Source of the DNA: an uncultured Planctomycetaceae bacterium
Lineage (GTDB): Bacteria; Planctomycetota; UBA1135; GCA-002686595
Reading direction: 5' to 3'
DNA: 64,000 nt
Assembly (NCBI GenBank): GCA_964413535.1
Contig: CAYPTB010000058.1
Location: 1-64,000 of the forward strand
The position numbers were made by a program, and so were the translations under genes. Shown here in pieces: positions 8,862-16,982 of the stretch. The notes beneath the pieces were generated by a model. It had not been told where the DNA came from. It searched no databases and saw nothing but the letters and a program-made list of their open reading frames with translations. Every line of letters starts with the position of its first letter. The first letter of the stretch is position 1.

Positions 8862-10526
8862 CTACTCTTCGGCGTCCGCCGTTCCCGCTTCGCCCTTCGA
8901 GCTCTTCGAGCCCTTGCGTTCCGGGGGTTGCGCGGCGGCGCCGTCGCGCGCGGAGGCCTTCTCGTCCACCAGCTTCGCGAAGTACTCGGGCATCTCGACG
9001 CCGCCCACGTCCTTCATGATCTGCATCATGGGCGGGAGCGCGGCGCCGAGGCCGCGCAGGAATCCGGCCGCGCCGCCGCCGGCCGCCCCGTTCCCGCCGT
9101 CCCACACGACCACCTTGTCGAACTTCACGTTCGAGATGGCCTTCGCCGCCGTCTCCGACAGCTTGTCGAGGTGCTCGAGCATGAGCATCTGGAACGCGGC
9201 CTGAGCGCCGCCGCAAGCGTCGACGATGGCCTGCAGACCGAGACCCTTCTTCGCCAGGATCTCGTACTGACCGCGCGCCTCGGCTTCGAGCATGGCGTAG
9301 ATCGCCGACGCCTCGCCCTCGGCCTCGATGCGCCGTTTCTGCGCGGAGGCTTCCGCGTCGACGATCGTCTGCGCCTTCTCGGCCCGTGCGACCGACTCGA
9401 GCTCGGCGCGCTTCTCGGCCTCGAGCTTCTTCCCTTGCGCTTCGGCGGCCTTGGCCTGCGCCAGGTACTGCGCCTCGAGGACCGCGGCCTCCGCGACGCG
9501 CTTCTGGGTCTCGCCCGTCTTGTAGGCATCCGCCTCGCGCACCTTGAGCTCGGCGACCGAGGTCGCGATGGCCGCCTTCGACTCGTTCTCGCCGCTCACG
9601 GCGCGCGCGTCGGCGCTGGCGACCGCGATGCGCATCTCGCGCTCCGCCTCGCGGACCTGCGCTTCGCGCTGCAGGTCGGCCGCGCGCTCGCCTACTTGGC
9701 GCTCCTTCTCGAGGTCGGCGATCTTCACCGCGCGGTCCCGGGCTGCTTCGGTCGTGCCGATGTCGCGCGTCTTCTCCGCGTTCGCGACCTGGATGGCGCG
9801 CTCGCGCTGGGCGGCCGCCACGCCGATGGCGCCGAGCTTCTCCTGCTCGGCCACGTCGATCAAGGCCTGCTGGATGGCCTCCGACGCCGCCCGCCGTCCG
9901 ATCGCCTCGATGTAGCCGGACTGATCCGTGATGTCCTTGATGTTCACGTTGATCAGCACGAGGCCGATCTTCTTGAGCTCGGGCTCGAGCGAGGCCTGGA
10001 TGCTCGTGAGGAACACGTCCCGGTCGCGGTTGATCTCCTCGATCCGCATCGAGGCGATCACCTGGCGCAGTTGGCCGAAGATGATGTCCTCCGCCTGTTT
10101 GGTCACTTCCACCGCCGAGAGCCCTAGCAAGCGCTGTGCGGCGTTGGTCATCGAGGCGTCGTCCGTTCCGATCGCCACCGTGAAGACGCTCGGCACGGCG
10201 ACGCGGATGTTCTCGATCGAGAGCGCTCCCTCGAGCGGGATGTCGATCTGCATCGGGTCCAGCGAGAGGTACTCGTAATCCTCGAGGACCGGCCACACCA
10301 AGGCGCCGCCGCCGTGCAACGTGCGCGCGACGCGACCCTGCTTCGAGCGCCCGTAGATCACGAGGATGCGGTTGCTCGGGCAGCGCTTGTAGCGCCTCGC
10401 AAAGGCGATGAAGACGCTGAAGACGATGAGCGCGACCGCCAGAACGGCCAGGGTCAAGGGGATGTTCGACGCGTCGTTCGCGCCGCCGAAGAATCCCTCC
10501 TGTAGGAATGCCAACGTTCGATTCAT
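8862..10526 (-). CDS. Flotillin / SPFH (band 7) domain protein, YqiK/FloA-like
   Basis: N-terminal TM, SPFH domain, then a long Ala/Glu-rich coiled-coil (EAQ/ERA repeats) typical of flotillins. The track ORF starts at GTG 10535. The ATG at 10524-10526 sits 8 nt after an AGGAGG sequence and is the more likely start. Confidence 0.85.
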   Translation of the reverse strand: MNRTLAFLQEGFFGGANDASNIPLTLAVLAVALIVFSVFIAFARRYKRCPSNRILVIYGRSKQGRVARTLHGGGALVWPVLEDYEYLSLDPMQIDIPLEGALSIENIRVAVPSVFTVAIGTDDASMTNAAQRLLGLSAVEVTKQAEDIIFGQLRQVIASMRIEEINRDRDVFLTSIQASLEPELKKIGLVLINVNIKDITDQSGYIEAIGRRAASEAIQQALIDVAEQEKLGAIGVAAAQRERAIQVANAEKTRDIGTTEAARDRAVKIADLEKERQVGERAADLQREAQVREAEREMRIAVASADARAVSGENESKAAIATSVAELKVREADAYKTGETQKRVAEAAVLEAQYLAQAKAAEAQGKKLEAEKRAELESVARAEKAQTIVDAEASAQKRRIEAEGEASAIYAMLEAEARGQYEILAKKGLGLQAIVDACGGAQAAFQMLMLEHLDKLSETAAKAISNVKFDKVVVWDGGNGAAGGGAAGFLRGLGAALPPMMQIMKDVGGVEMPEYFAKLVDEKASARDGAAAQPPERKGSKSSKGEAGTADAEE

Positions 10527-10538
10527 GCTCTCCACCTC

Positions 10539-11141
10539 CTACAGCCCTTCGACCAGGAACGTGTCTTCGGTCTTCATCTCGACGATCCGGCAATCGCTGC
10601 CGGAGGGCAGCGTCTCACCCGTGGTCACCGCGTCGAACTCGACGCTCCGGCCCTGCATCATCACCGTGATCTTGCCCTTGCCCGCCAGGGCGCCGGGGAT
10701 GCGCAAGTAGACGCGCGCCGTCTTGCCGAGCGCCTGCTTGGGCTCGAGGTTGCCCTGCGACTGGAGCCGCTGGAAGACGAGCATCATGTAAGCGACCAGG
10801 AACATGACCGACGAGCCCGCGGCGAAGGCCGCGAGGGCGCTGAGTCCGCTGCCCCAGCCGGCTTCCGTCCCGTACCACCCGACCAGGCCGAAGAGCGTCA
10901 GGAAGCTCGACATCGTGCGGATCGAGAGGAAGTTCGCCGATCCGTCCCCGGCGTCGAGGTCATCCGCGTCGACGTCGGCATCGATATCGGTGTCGCCGCC
11001 GATCCCGAAGAGGTTCAGGCCCGCCTGTCCGAGCAGCACCGTTCCGCCTGCCACCGCGCAGCCGATGTATACCTTGACGATCGTCCACTCGGAGAAGTGG
11101 TCCTTGAACCAGTTCAGAGCGTTCTGGAGGAAGCCATCCAT
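10539..11141 (-). CDS. NfeD-like / YqiJ-like membrane protein (flotillin partner)
   Basis: MDGFLQNALNWFKDHF, TM segments, an Asp-rich loop and a C-terminal OB-like beta domain (KITVMMQGRSVEFDAVTTGETLPSGSDCRIVEMKTEDTFLV). The SD ggaaGGAGGggaacgacgATG places the start at 11141. The track ORF starts 42 codons further upstream. Confidence 0.7.
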   Translation of the reverse strand: MDGFLQNALNWFKDHFSEWTIVKVYIGCAVAGGTVLLGQAGLNLFGIGGDTDIDADVDADDLDAGDGSANFLSIRTMSSFLTLFGLVGWYGTEAGWGSGLSALAAFAAGSSVMFLVAYMMLVFQRLQSQGNLEPKQALGKTARVYLRIPGALAGKGKITVMMQGRSVEFDAVTTGETLPSGSDCRIVEMKTEDTFLVEGL

Positions 11142-11217
11142 CGTCGTTCCCCTCCTTCCGTCCGACGGGCGCCGCCGCGCCGAATCGCGCCGGCGCATTC
11201 TAACGGGATGGAAGCGC

Positions 11218-12111
11218 TCAGAAGATCCAAGTGAGCGAGGCGCCGAACACCGCGGCGACCTCGACACCGTCGTCGACGAGCTCCTCTCCGTCCGCGTCGA
11301 TCTCCAGGTTGCGGTCGGCCAGGCCTCCGAACAACTCGATGTCGAGACCCCTCGCGTGCCAAACGAGCCCGGCGAGTCCGCTGATCTCGGAGTCCACGAC
11401 GGCGGCGTCCCGCAGCGTATTCTGGTCCTTCAAACGGAACTGCCGCTCGTCGAGCCGCAGGCTGGCGTAGAGGTCCAAACGCTCGTTGGCGCGGTAGCTG
11501 GCGAGCAAGCCTGGATCGGCGGAAGCGATCACCGAGAAGCGCAGGTCGTCGGTGACGCGCCAATCCACGAGCGGCAAGGGGAAGAACTCGTCGTCCTCTT
11601 CGAGCCGCGTGCGTCCCGCGATCCCGAGGCCGAGCTCGAGCTTCTCGCTCGCGCGGAACAGGACGCCGAAAGCTCCTTCGCCGTACAGGCTTCCCGAGAG
11701 ACTCACGTCGTCCGCTCTCCCGGACACGAGCGACAGGTCGAAGAACCAGCGCCGCTCGTCGCTCCCGGATGTGTAAGTGCCTCGGAGCGTGTCGTCCTTC
11801 GCGTCGTCGAAGGGGTCGGGGATGAACAGCATGGCGCCCGACCCGAAGTCGTACTTCGACTCCTCGTGCCGGTACGAGACCTCGGCGAACCCGCCCTCAT
11901 CGTCCCCGGGCCAGGTGCGCGCCAGCGTGCCTCCCCAACGCGTGATCTTGAGCTGGCCGCCGTCATCGAAGTCGGCCTCGGTGTACGCTCGACCGTCGAC
12001 GCGGAGCGACCAATCCGGTTCGTCCCGGTCGCCGAAGAGATCCTGTGCGAAAGCAGGGGATGCGAGGACGGAGAGGGCGAGGGCCGAAGCCGCGTGCGTG
12101 TGGAGCTTCAT
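11218..12111 (-). CDS. Outer-membrane beta-barrel protein (predicted), first gene of the OMP-NfeD-flotillin operon
   Basis: Signal peptide MKLHTHAASALALSVLASPAFAQ, alternating amphipathic beta strands and a C-terminal LTWIF aromatic terminus. The start is ATG at 12111. Confidence 0.6.
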   Translation of the reverse strand: MKLHTHAASALALSVLASPAFAQDLFGDRDEPDWSLRVDGRAYTEADFDDGGQLKITRWGGTLARTWPGDDEGGFAEVSYRHEESKYDFGSGAMLFIPDPFDDAKDDTLRGTYTSGSDERRWFFDLSLVSGRADDVSLSGSLYGEGAFGVLFRASEKLELGLGIAGRTRLEEDDEFFPLPLVDWRVTDDLRFSVIASADPGLLASYRANERLDLYASLRLDERQFRLKDQNTLRDAAVVDSEISGLAGLVWHARGLDIELFGGLADRNLEIDADGEELVDDGVEVAAVFGASLTWIF

Positions 12112-12193
12112 CGTTCGCGCTTGGGGGGGGAGTTCGGAGCGGGGGCGCAGCATAGCGGGCGTCGGGTGCGGAAGCGCCGACTTCGGCTGCCGC

Positions 12194-13108
12194 TCAGCTG
12201 CCCTCGGCGAGGAGTTCGGCGAGTCGGGCCGCGTTGGCGCGCATGGCAGCGAGGTAGTCCCCCTGCGCCGGTCGATTCCCGCACGGATCGAACACCGCGA
12301 CCCGGACTCCGCGCCGGGCGAGCAGCTCGGCCGTCTGCGCCAGGGGCTCCCCTTCCCAGAGCATGACGGTGGCGGGGTGCTCCGCGAGGAGCGCGTCGAG
12401 CTCCGTCCACCCGGCCGCGTCCGGCGCCTCTCCGGGCTCCCAGTGGACGGACTCGAGGTTCAGCTCGAAGGCCCGCGCCAGGTACTGGTACACGGGATGC
12501 GAGGCCAGGAGCGGCCGGCGCGGCGCCTCCGCGAAGACCGCGCGGAGTTCGCGGTCGAGGTCGGCGAGCTCGCCGGCCAAGGCATCGAAGCCCGCGTGGA
12601 AGCCCTCCGCGCCGTTCGGACGCGCGCGCACGAGCGCGTCCCGCACGGCCTTCGCTTGCGCGGTCGCCAGCACCGGATCGAGCCACGTGGTGAAGGCCGT
12701 TCCCGAGTGCGAATGCGCACCCTGGGGTCCGTGGCTGTGCTCGACCGCGTTCTCGATCGCGATCAGCCGCTCGGCGAAGGACTTCGAAGTGTCGACCTGC
12801 GTCGCGAGCGGTAGCGAGGCTCTCTGGACCCACTTCTCGTAGCTCGCACCGTTTCGCAACACGAGGTCCGCGCGCTGGTAGTCGGCCACGACCGCGCGCC
12901 CCGGCGACCAGGACGCGGGATCCACGTCGGGCGGCGCGGGAAAGGTCACGTGGACGGGCTCACGCGAGCCCGCCGCCACGCGCTCCGCCATGAACGCGAG
13001 CGGATAGTTCGTGGTGTAGACGACGAGCGCGCCGGCCGGAGCGACGGAAGCCTCTTCCGCGGGCGAACTCTCGCGACTGCAAGCGACGAGCGCGACGAGC
13101 GCGACCAT
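12194..13108 (-). CDS. Metal (probably zinc) ABC transporter substrate-binding protein, ZnuA/TroA-like, with a His-rich loop
   Basis: Lipoprotein signal MVALVALVACS. Cluster-9 SBP similarity. The His-rich insertion EHSHGPQGAHSHSG resembles ZnuA. The start is ATG at 13108. Confidence 0.75.
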   Translation of the reverse strand: MVALVALVACSRESSPAEEASVAPAGALVVYTTNYPLAFMAERVAAGSREPVHVTFPAPPDVDPASWSPGRAVVADYQRADLVLRNGASYEKWVQRASLPLATQVDTSKSFAERLIAIENAVEHSHGPQGAHSHSGTAFTTWLDPVLATAQAKAVRDALVRARPNGAEGFHAGFDALAGELADLDRELRAVFAEAPRRPLLASHPVYQYLARAFELNLESVHWEPGEAPDAAGWTELDALLAEHPATVMLWEGEPLAQTAELLARRGVRVAVFDPCGNRPAQGDYLAAMRANAARLAELLAEGS

Positions 13109-13140
13109 TGCGAGGAACTTCTTCGTCGGCGGAGTCGAGC

Positions 13141-13632
13141 TCACGCGCCCTTCCCGTGGCACTTCTTGAACTTCTTGCCGCTGCCGCACGAGCACGGATC
13201 GTTGCGCCCGAGCTTCGAGGCGCCATGGACGAACGGCGCCATCGGCCGTCGGACCTGGTGGTCGGCGTGTTGGCCCGTGCGCACCGCTTCGAGGAACTCG
13301 TCCTCGGTCTCCGCCAGCGCCCGGCGGATCTCGAAGGCGTCCGTCACGACCTGGGTCGCCTCGAGGTGTGCGAAGAACGCCGCCAACACTTCGGGGACGT
13401 GTCGGGCGAGCGGGTCCTTCGGCGCGAATCGGCTCGGCAGCGCGTGGCCGACCACCTCGTGCACGTCCTGGCCGTCGAGCAGACGCGGCTTCTTGCCGAG
13501 CTCCTCGTAGCAGATCGCCACGAACTCCTCCGCGATCTTGCGCAGCCCGTCGCGCTCGGGAACGGCGAGCGCGCGCGCCTGCGGCGAGTCGAGGAAGGCC
13601 GCGACTTCGAGGGCGATCTCCTTGGATGCCAT
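13141..13632 (-). CDS. SEC-C motif (CxC...CH metal-binding) protein, YecA-like
   Basis: The C-terminus RNDPCSCGSGKKFKKCHGKGA is a canonical SEC-C zinc-binding motif. The start is ATG at 13632 (MASKEIALEV). It lies 32 bp upstream of the ZnuA-like gene on the same strand. Confidence 0.65.
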   Translation of the reverse strand: MASKEIALEVAAFLDSPQARALAVPERDGLRKIAEEFVAICYEELGKKPRLLDGQDVHEVVGHALPSRFAPKDPLARHVPEVLAAFFAHLEATQVVTDAFEIRRALAETEDEFLEAVRTGQHADHQVRRPMAPFVHGASKLGRNDPCSCGSGKKFKKCHGKGA

Positions 13633-13929
13633 GGCTTGGGCAGGATAGCGCCGCTCTGGCCGCGGGCGGCGGCGAGCACGCTCTCCTACGAACCAGGGCG
13701 CAGTCGGCCGGGGATGGAGAGCGAATGGGGGGACGGGCGGAGGAGGCGCTACACTCCCTGCTCGCGAGACAAAACAGCGTCCGTCTCGGGGCCGAGGAAC
13801 TCTCCCCCATCTCCGTGGCGGGCTTGCGAGCCCAACTCGAACCCCACTCGAGCCCAACTCGAGACGGACTCTTTCGCCGCCACCGCCCGAGCGGGCGCTC
13901 GCTCCCTGCACTCCAAAGAGAGGATTCGC

Positions 13930-14526
13930 ATGCAGCACTTTCTCGCGTTCCACGTTCGCCTTCTCGCCTTCGGCGCGGCCGCCGCAGCGCTCGCGGCCTG
14001 CACCGCGGCTCCGCAGCCGACTGCGCCCGACGCGCCGGTTCCGGAGCAGCACCGAGCGATCACGACCGACAGCCTCGAACCGTACCAGTGCGGCAGCATC
14101 ACCCGCATGCACACGCTGGGAGGCGTCTTCCTCGCGAGCCAACCGGCGGCCGCCGACTTCGAGCAGGCGCAGAAGGGCGGCGTGCGCACCGTCATCGACC
14201 TGAGGCATTCGAGCGAGAACCGGGGCTTCGACGAGAAGGCCGTCGTGACCGGGCTCGGACTCGAGTACGTGTCGCTGCCCTGGAACGGCCCCGACGAGCT
14301 CACCGACCAGGTCTTCGATCGCTCACGCGAGCTGCTCGAGACCGCCGAGCGCCCGATCCTGCTCCACTGCTCGTCGGCGAACCGCGTGGGGGCCGTGTGG
14401 ATCCCCTGGCGGGTGCTCGACGGCGGCCTCTCCATCGAGGAAGCCGTGGCCGAGGCGAAGGTGATCGGCTTGAAGACGCCCGCCTTCGAGGAGAAGGCCA
14501 GGGCTTACGTCGAAGCCCACCGCTGA
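13930..14526 (+). CDS. DUF442 (TIGR01244) phosphatase-like / sulfur-transferase-like lipoprotein
   Basis: Signal/lipobox MQHFLAFHVRLLAFGAAAAALAAC. LLHCSSANRVGAVW is the CX4R P-loop typical of DUF442. The SD agagaggattcgcATG places the start at 13930. Confidence 0.6.
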   Translation: MQHFLAFHVRLLAFGAAAAALAACTAAPQPTAPDAPVPEQHRAITTDSLEPYQCGSITRMHTLGGVFLASQPAAADFEQAQKGGVRTVIDLRHSSENRGFDEKAVVTGLGLEYVSLPWNGPDELTDQVFDRSRELLETAERPILLHCSSANRVGAVWIPWRVLDGGLSIEEAVAEAKVIGLKTPAFEEKARAYVEAHR

Positions 14527-14545
14527 GCCGACCGCGCGACTGGGC

Positions 14546-14578
14546 CGAAGCCCATCCGTGAGGGGTTCGGAGCGCCGT
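14546..14578. terminator. Candidate bidirectional terminator hairpin between two convergent genes
   Basis: ccgaagccc-atccgtga-ggg(g)ttcgg is an imperfect inverted repeat in the 67-bp gap between the DUF442 gene stop (14526) and the CM-PDT-DAHPS gene stop (14594). It has no U-tract. Confidence 0.2.
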
Positions 14579-14593
14579 GGAGGGCGCGCGCGC

Positions 14594-16789
14594 TCAGAGC
14601 CGGCGGCCCTGGGCGGCGAGGATCGGCGCGAGGCCGGCGACGAGCTGGTCGACGTCCTCGGGTGCGAGCGCTTGGTCCTTGTCGCACAAGGCCTCGCACG
14701 GGCGCGGGTGACACTCGACGATCAAGCCGTCGGCGCCCACGGCGGCCGCCGCGAGCGCGAGCGGCACGACGAGGCTGCGTACGCCCGCGGCGTGCGACGG
14801 ATCGACGACGACCGGCAGGTGCGTGCGCGACTTCAGGACCGGCACGGCCGACAGGTCGAGCGTGTTGCGCGTCGACGTCTCGAACGTGCGGATGCCGCGC
14901 TCGCACAGGACGACTTGGTGGTTGCCGCCGGCCAGGATGTACTCGGCGGCCTGCAAGAGCTCGTCGAGCGTCGCGCTCATACCGCGCTTCAGCAGCACCG
15001 GGCGGCGGATCTTTCCGAGCTCCTTCAGGAGCGCGGAGTTCTGCATGTTCCGCGCGCCGACCTGGATCATGTCGGCCCGCAGGGCGACCTTCGCCACGTC
15101 CTCGGGGCGCAGCACTTCGGTCACGACGGGCAGCTCGTAGCGCGCACCGGCTTCCACGAGCAGCTCGACGCCCTCGAAGCCGAGTCCCTGGAACGCGTAG
15201 GGCGAGCTGCGCGGCTTGAACGCCCCGCCGCGCAGGAGATGCGCGCCGCGTGCCTTGACCATCGCGGCCGCGTCGTGGATCTGGTCGCGGCTCTCGATCG
15301 CGCACGGACCGAGGATCAGCGTGAAGCGCTCGGTCCCGATCGGAACCCCGCCGACGCGCACGACCGAGCGCGCGCCGTCCGCCGCCAGCGCGTGCAAGGG
15401 CGACGTGCTCCGCGGAGACTTGGGCGTCGGAGCAGCGGAAATCGCAGAGCTCGTGGCGCTGGTCGCAGCCGGTTCCGGCTCGCGCGGGTTCGACTCCGGT
15501 GCTTGCGCCGTGTGCGGCGCGGAGGAGGTCTCTTGCGTGAGCACTGCCTGCGCTCCACGGGTGACGGGTGCGCGGGGTAGCTCGATCGGCTTCGCCTCCA
15601 GTGCGCGCGAGGGATAGCTCCCGAGCACGCGCAGGTGATTCGTGAAACGCCGCAGCTCGCCGAGCGCCGCCGCGATGTTCGCCTCCTCCGCGTAACCCTC
15701 GAGATCGGCCAGGAACATGTACTCCCACGGCGTCTCCGGCTCGGCGCGGCTCTCGAGGCGCGTGAGGTTGATGCCGCGCTCGGCCAGGACGCGCAGGCAC
15801 GCCGCGAGCGCGCCGCTCTTGTCCTTCAGCGTGAACGTGAAGGTCGTCTTGCCCGGCCAGCGCGTGTCGGCCGGCTCGGAGTGCTTGGCCACGAGCAGGA
15901 ACCGCGTCTGGTTGTGGGAGCTGTCGGCGACGCCCTCGCGCAGCACGACCAGCCCGTGGCGCTCGGCCGCCTCCACGGGCGCGATCGCGGCGACGAGCGG
16001 ATCGCCGTTCTCGCGGACGGAGCGCGCTGCGCCGGCCGTGTCGAAGTGCTCCACGGCGCGCACGTGCGGCAGCGAGGCGAAGAGCCGCTGGCACTGGCCC
16101 AGCGCGACGGGATGCGAGCGCACTTCGCGCAACGCCTCGATGCGGGCGCCGCGCAAACCCACGAGGCAGTGCTCGACGCGCCAGATCTCCTCGTCCACGA
16201 CGGCGAGGTCGCGCGTCACGAGGAGCTGGTTCACCTCGCCGATGCTGCCCGTGACCGAGTTCTCGACCGGCACGAGCGCGTAGTCGAGCTCTTCCTCCTC
16301 GAGCGCGCTCACGAGCAACGCGAAGCTCGCGTAGCCGCGCCGCTCGAGCGCGTGGCCGCGCGCGGCGAAGAGCTTCGAGAGCGCGAGGTCGCTGTAGCAC
16401 GCCGGGGCTCCCTGGTAGCCGACGCGGACGACCCGCGCGCCGTGCGCGAGCGGCGCGCGTTCCTGGCTGCGGCGCGAGTAGTTGAGGATCTCGCGCAGGA
16501 TCCGTCCGGTGAAGTACTCCGAGAGCCCGTGGCTGCGAGCCTCTTCCACCCAGACGCGCAGGACCTCGCGCTCGCGCCCCTCGTCCCGCAGCGGAAGGCT
16601 CGCGTCGGCCTGCTTGAGCTCCCCGACCGCCCGGACGGCCTCCATGCGCGCCTTCAGGAGCCGGACGAGCTCCCGGTCCACGCGGTCGATCGTCCCGCGC
16701 GCATCGCAGAGCTCGCGAGCGGCACCCTCGGCGTGCTGCCCGGCGAGCCCCTCGTCGTCGAAGCCGTTCTGGAATTCGTGCTGCTTCAT
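14594..16789 (-). CDS. Trifunctional chorismate mutase / prephenate dehydratase (with ACT domain) fused to a class I-beta 3-deoxy-7-phosphoheptulonate (DAHP) synthase
   Basis: Residues 1-100 are an AroQ chorismate mutase. Residues 110-380 are the PDT plus ACT domains (TTFTFTLKDKSGALAACLRVLAERGINLTRLESR). A 70-aa Ser/Pro/Ala linker follows. Residues 470-731 are a KDO8PS-like DAHPS (LILGPCAIES, KPRSSPYAFQG, VVDPSHAAG). The start is ATG at 16789. Confidence 0.85.
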   Translation of the reverse strand: MKQHEFQNGFDDEGLAGQHAEGAARELCDARGTIDRVDRELVRLLKARMEAVRAVGELKQADASLPLRDEGREREVLRVWVEEARSHGLSEYFTGRILREILNYSRRSQERAPLAHGARVVRVGYQGAPACYSDLALSKLFAARGHALERRGYASFALLVSALEEEELDYALVPVENSVTGSIGEVNQLLVTRDLAVVDEEIWRVEHCLVGLRGARIEALREVRSHPVALGQCQRLFASLPHVRAVEHFDTAGAARSVRENGDPLVAAIAPVEAAERHGLVVLREGVADSSHNQTRFLLVAKHSEPADTRWPGKTTFTFTLKDKSGALAACLRVLAERGINLTRLESRAEPETPWEYMFLADLEGYAEEANIAAALGELRRFTNHLRVLGSYPSRALEAKPIELPRAPVTRGAQAVLTQETSSAPHTAQAPESNPREPEPAATSATSSAISAAPTPKSPRSTSPLHALAADGARSVVRVGGVPIGTERFTLILGPCAIESRDQIHDAAAMVKARGAHLLRGGAFKPRSSPYAFQGLGFEGVELLVEAGARYELPVVTEVLRPEDVAKVALRADMIQVGARNMQNSALLKELGKIRRPVLLKRGMSATLDELLQAAEYILAGGNHQVVLCERGIRTFETSTRNTLDLSAVPVLKSRTHLPVVVDPSHAAGVRSLVVPLALAAAAVGADGLIVECHPRPCEALCDKDQALAPEDVDQLVAGLAPILAAQGRRL

Positions 16790-16982
16790 CTCGGGCGGTC
16801 GTGCGGAGCCGCGCGGATTCGGAAAGATGTTCCGACGGGCGCGAGACGGGCTTCCGCAATCCGAAGAATAGACGCCTTTCGGGACGCGGGTCGCGCGGAA
16901 CCGGGTTCCGACGACACGCTCCCGGTTGCGCGATCACAGCCCCGTGAAGAGCTGGATCGGGCCGTGGCGGGGTCGATCGCCG

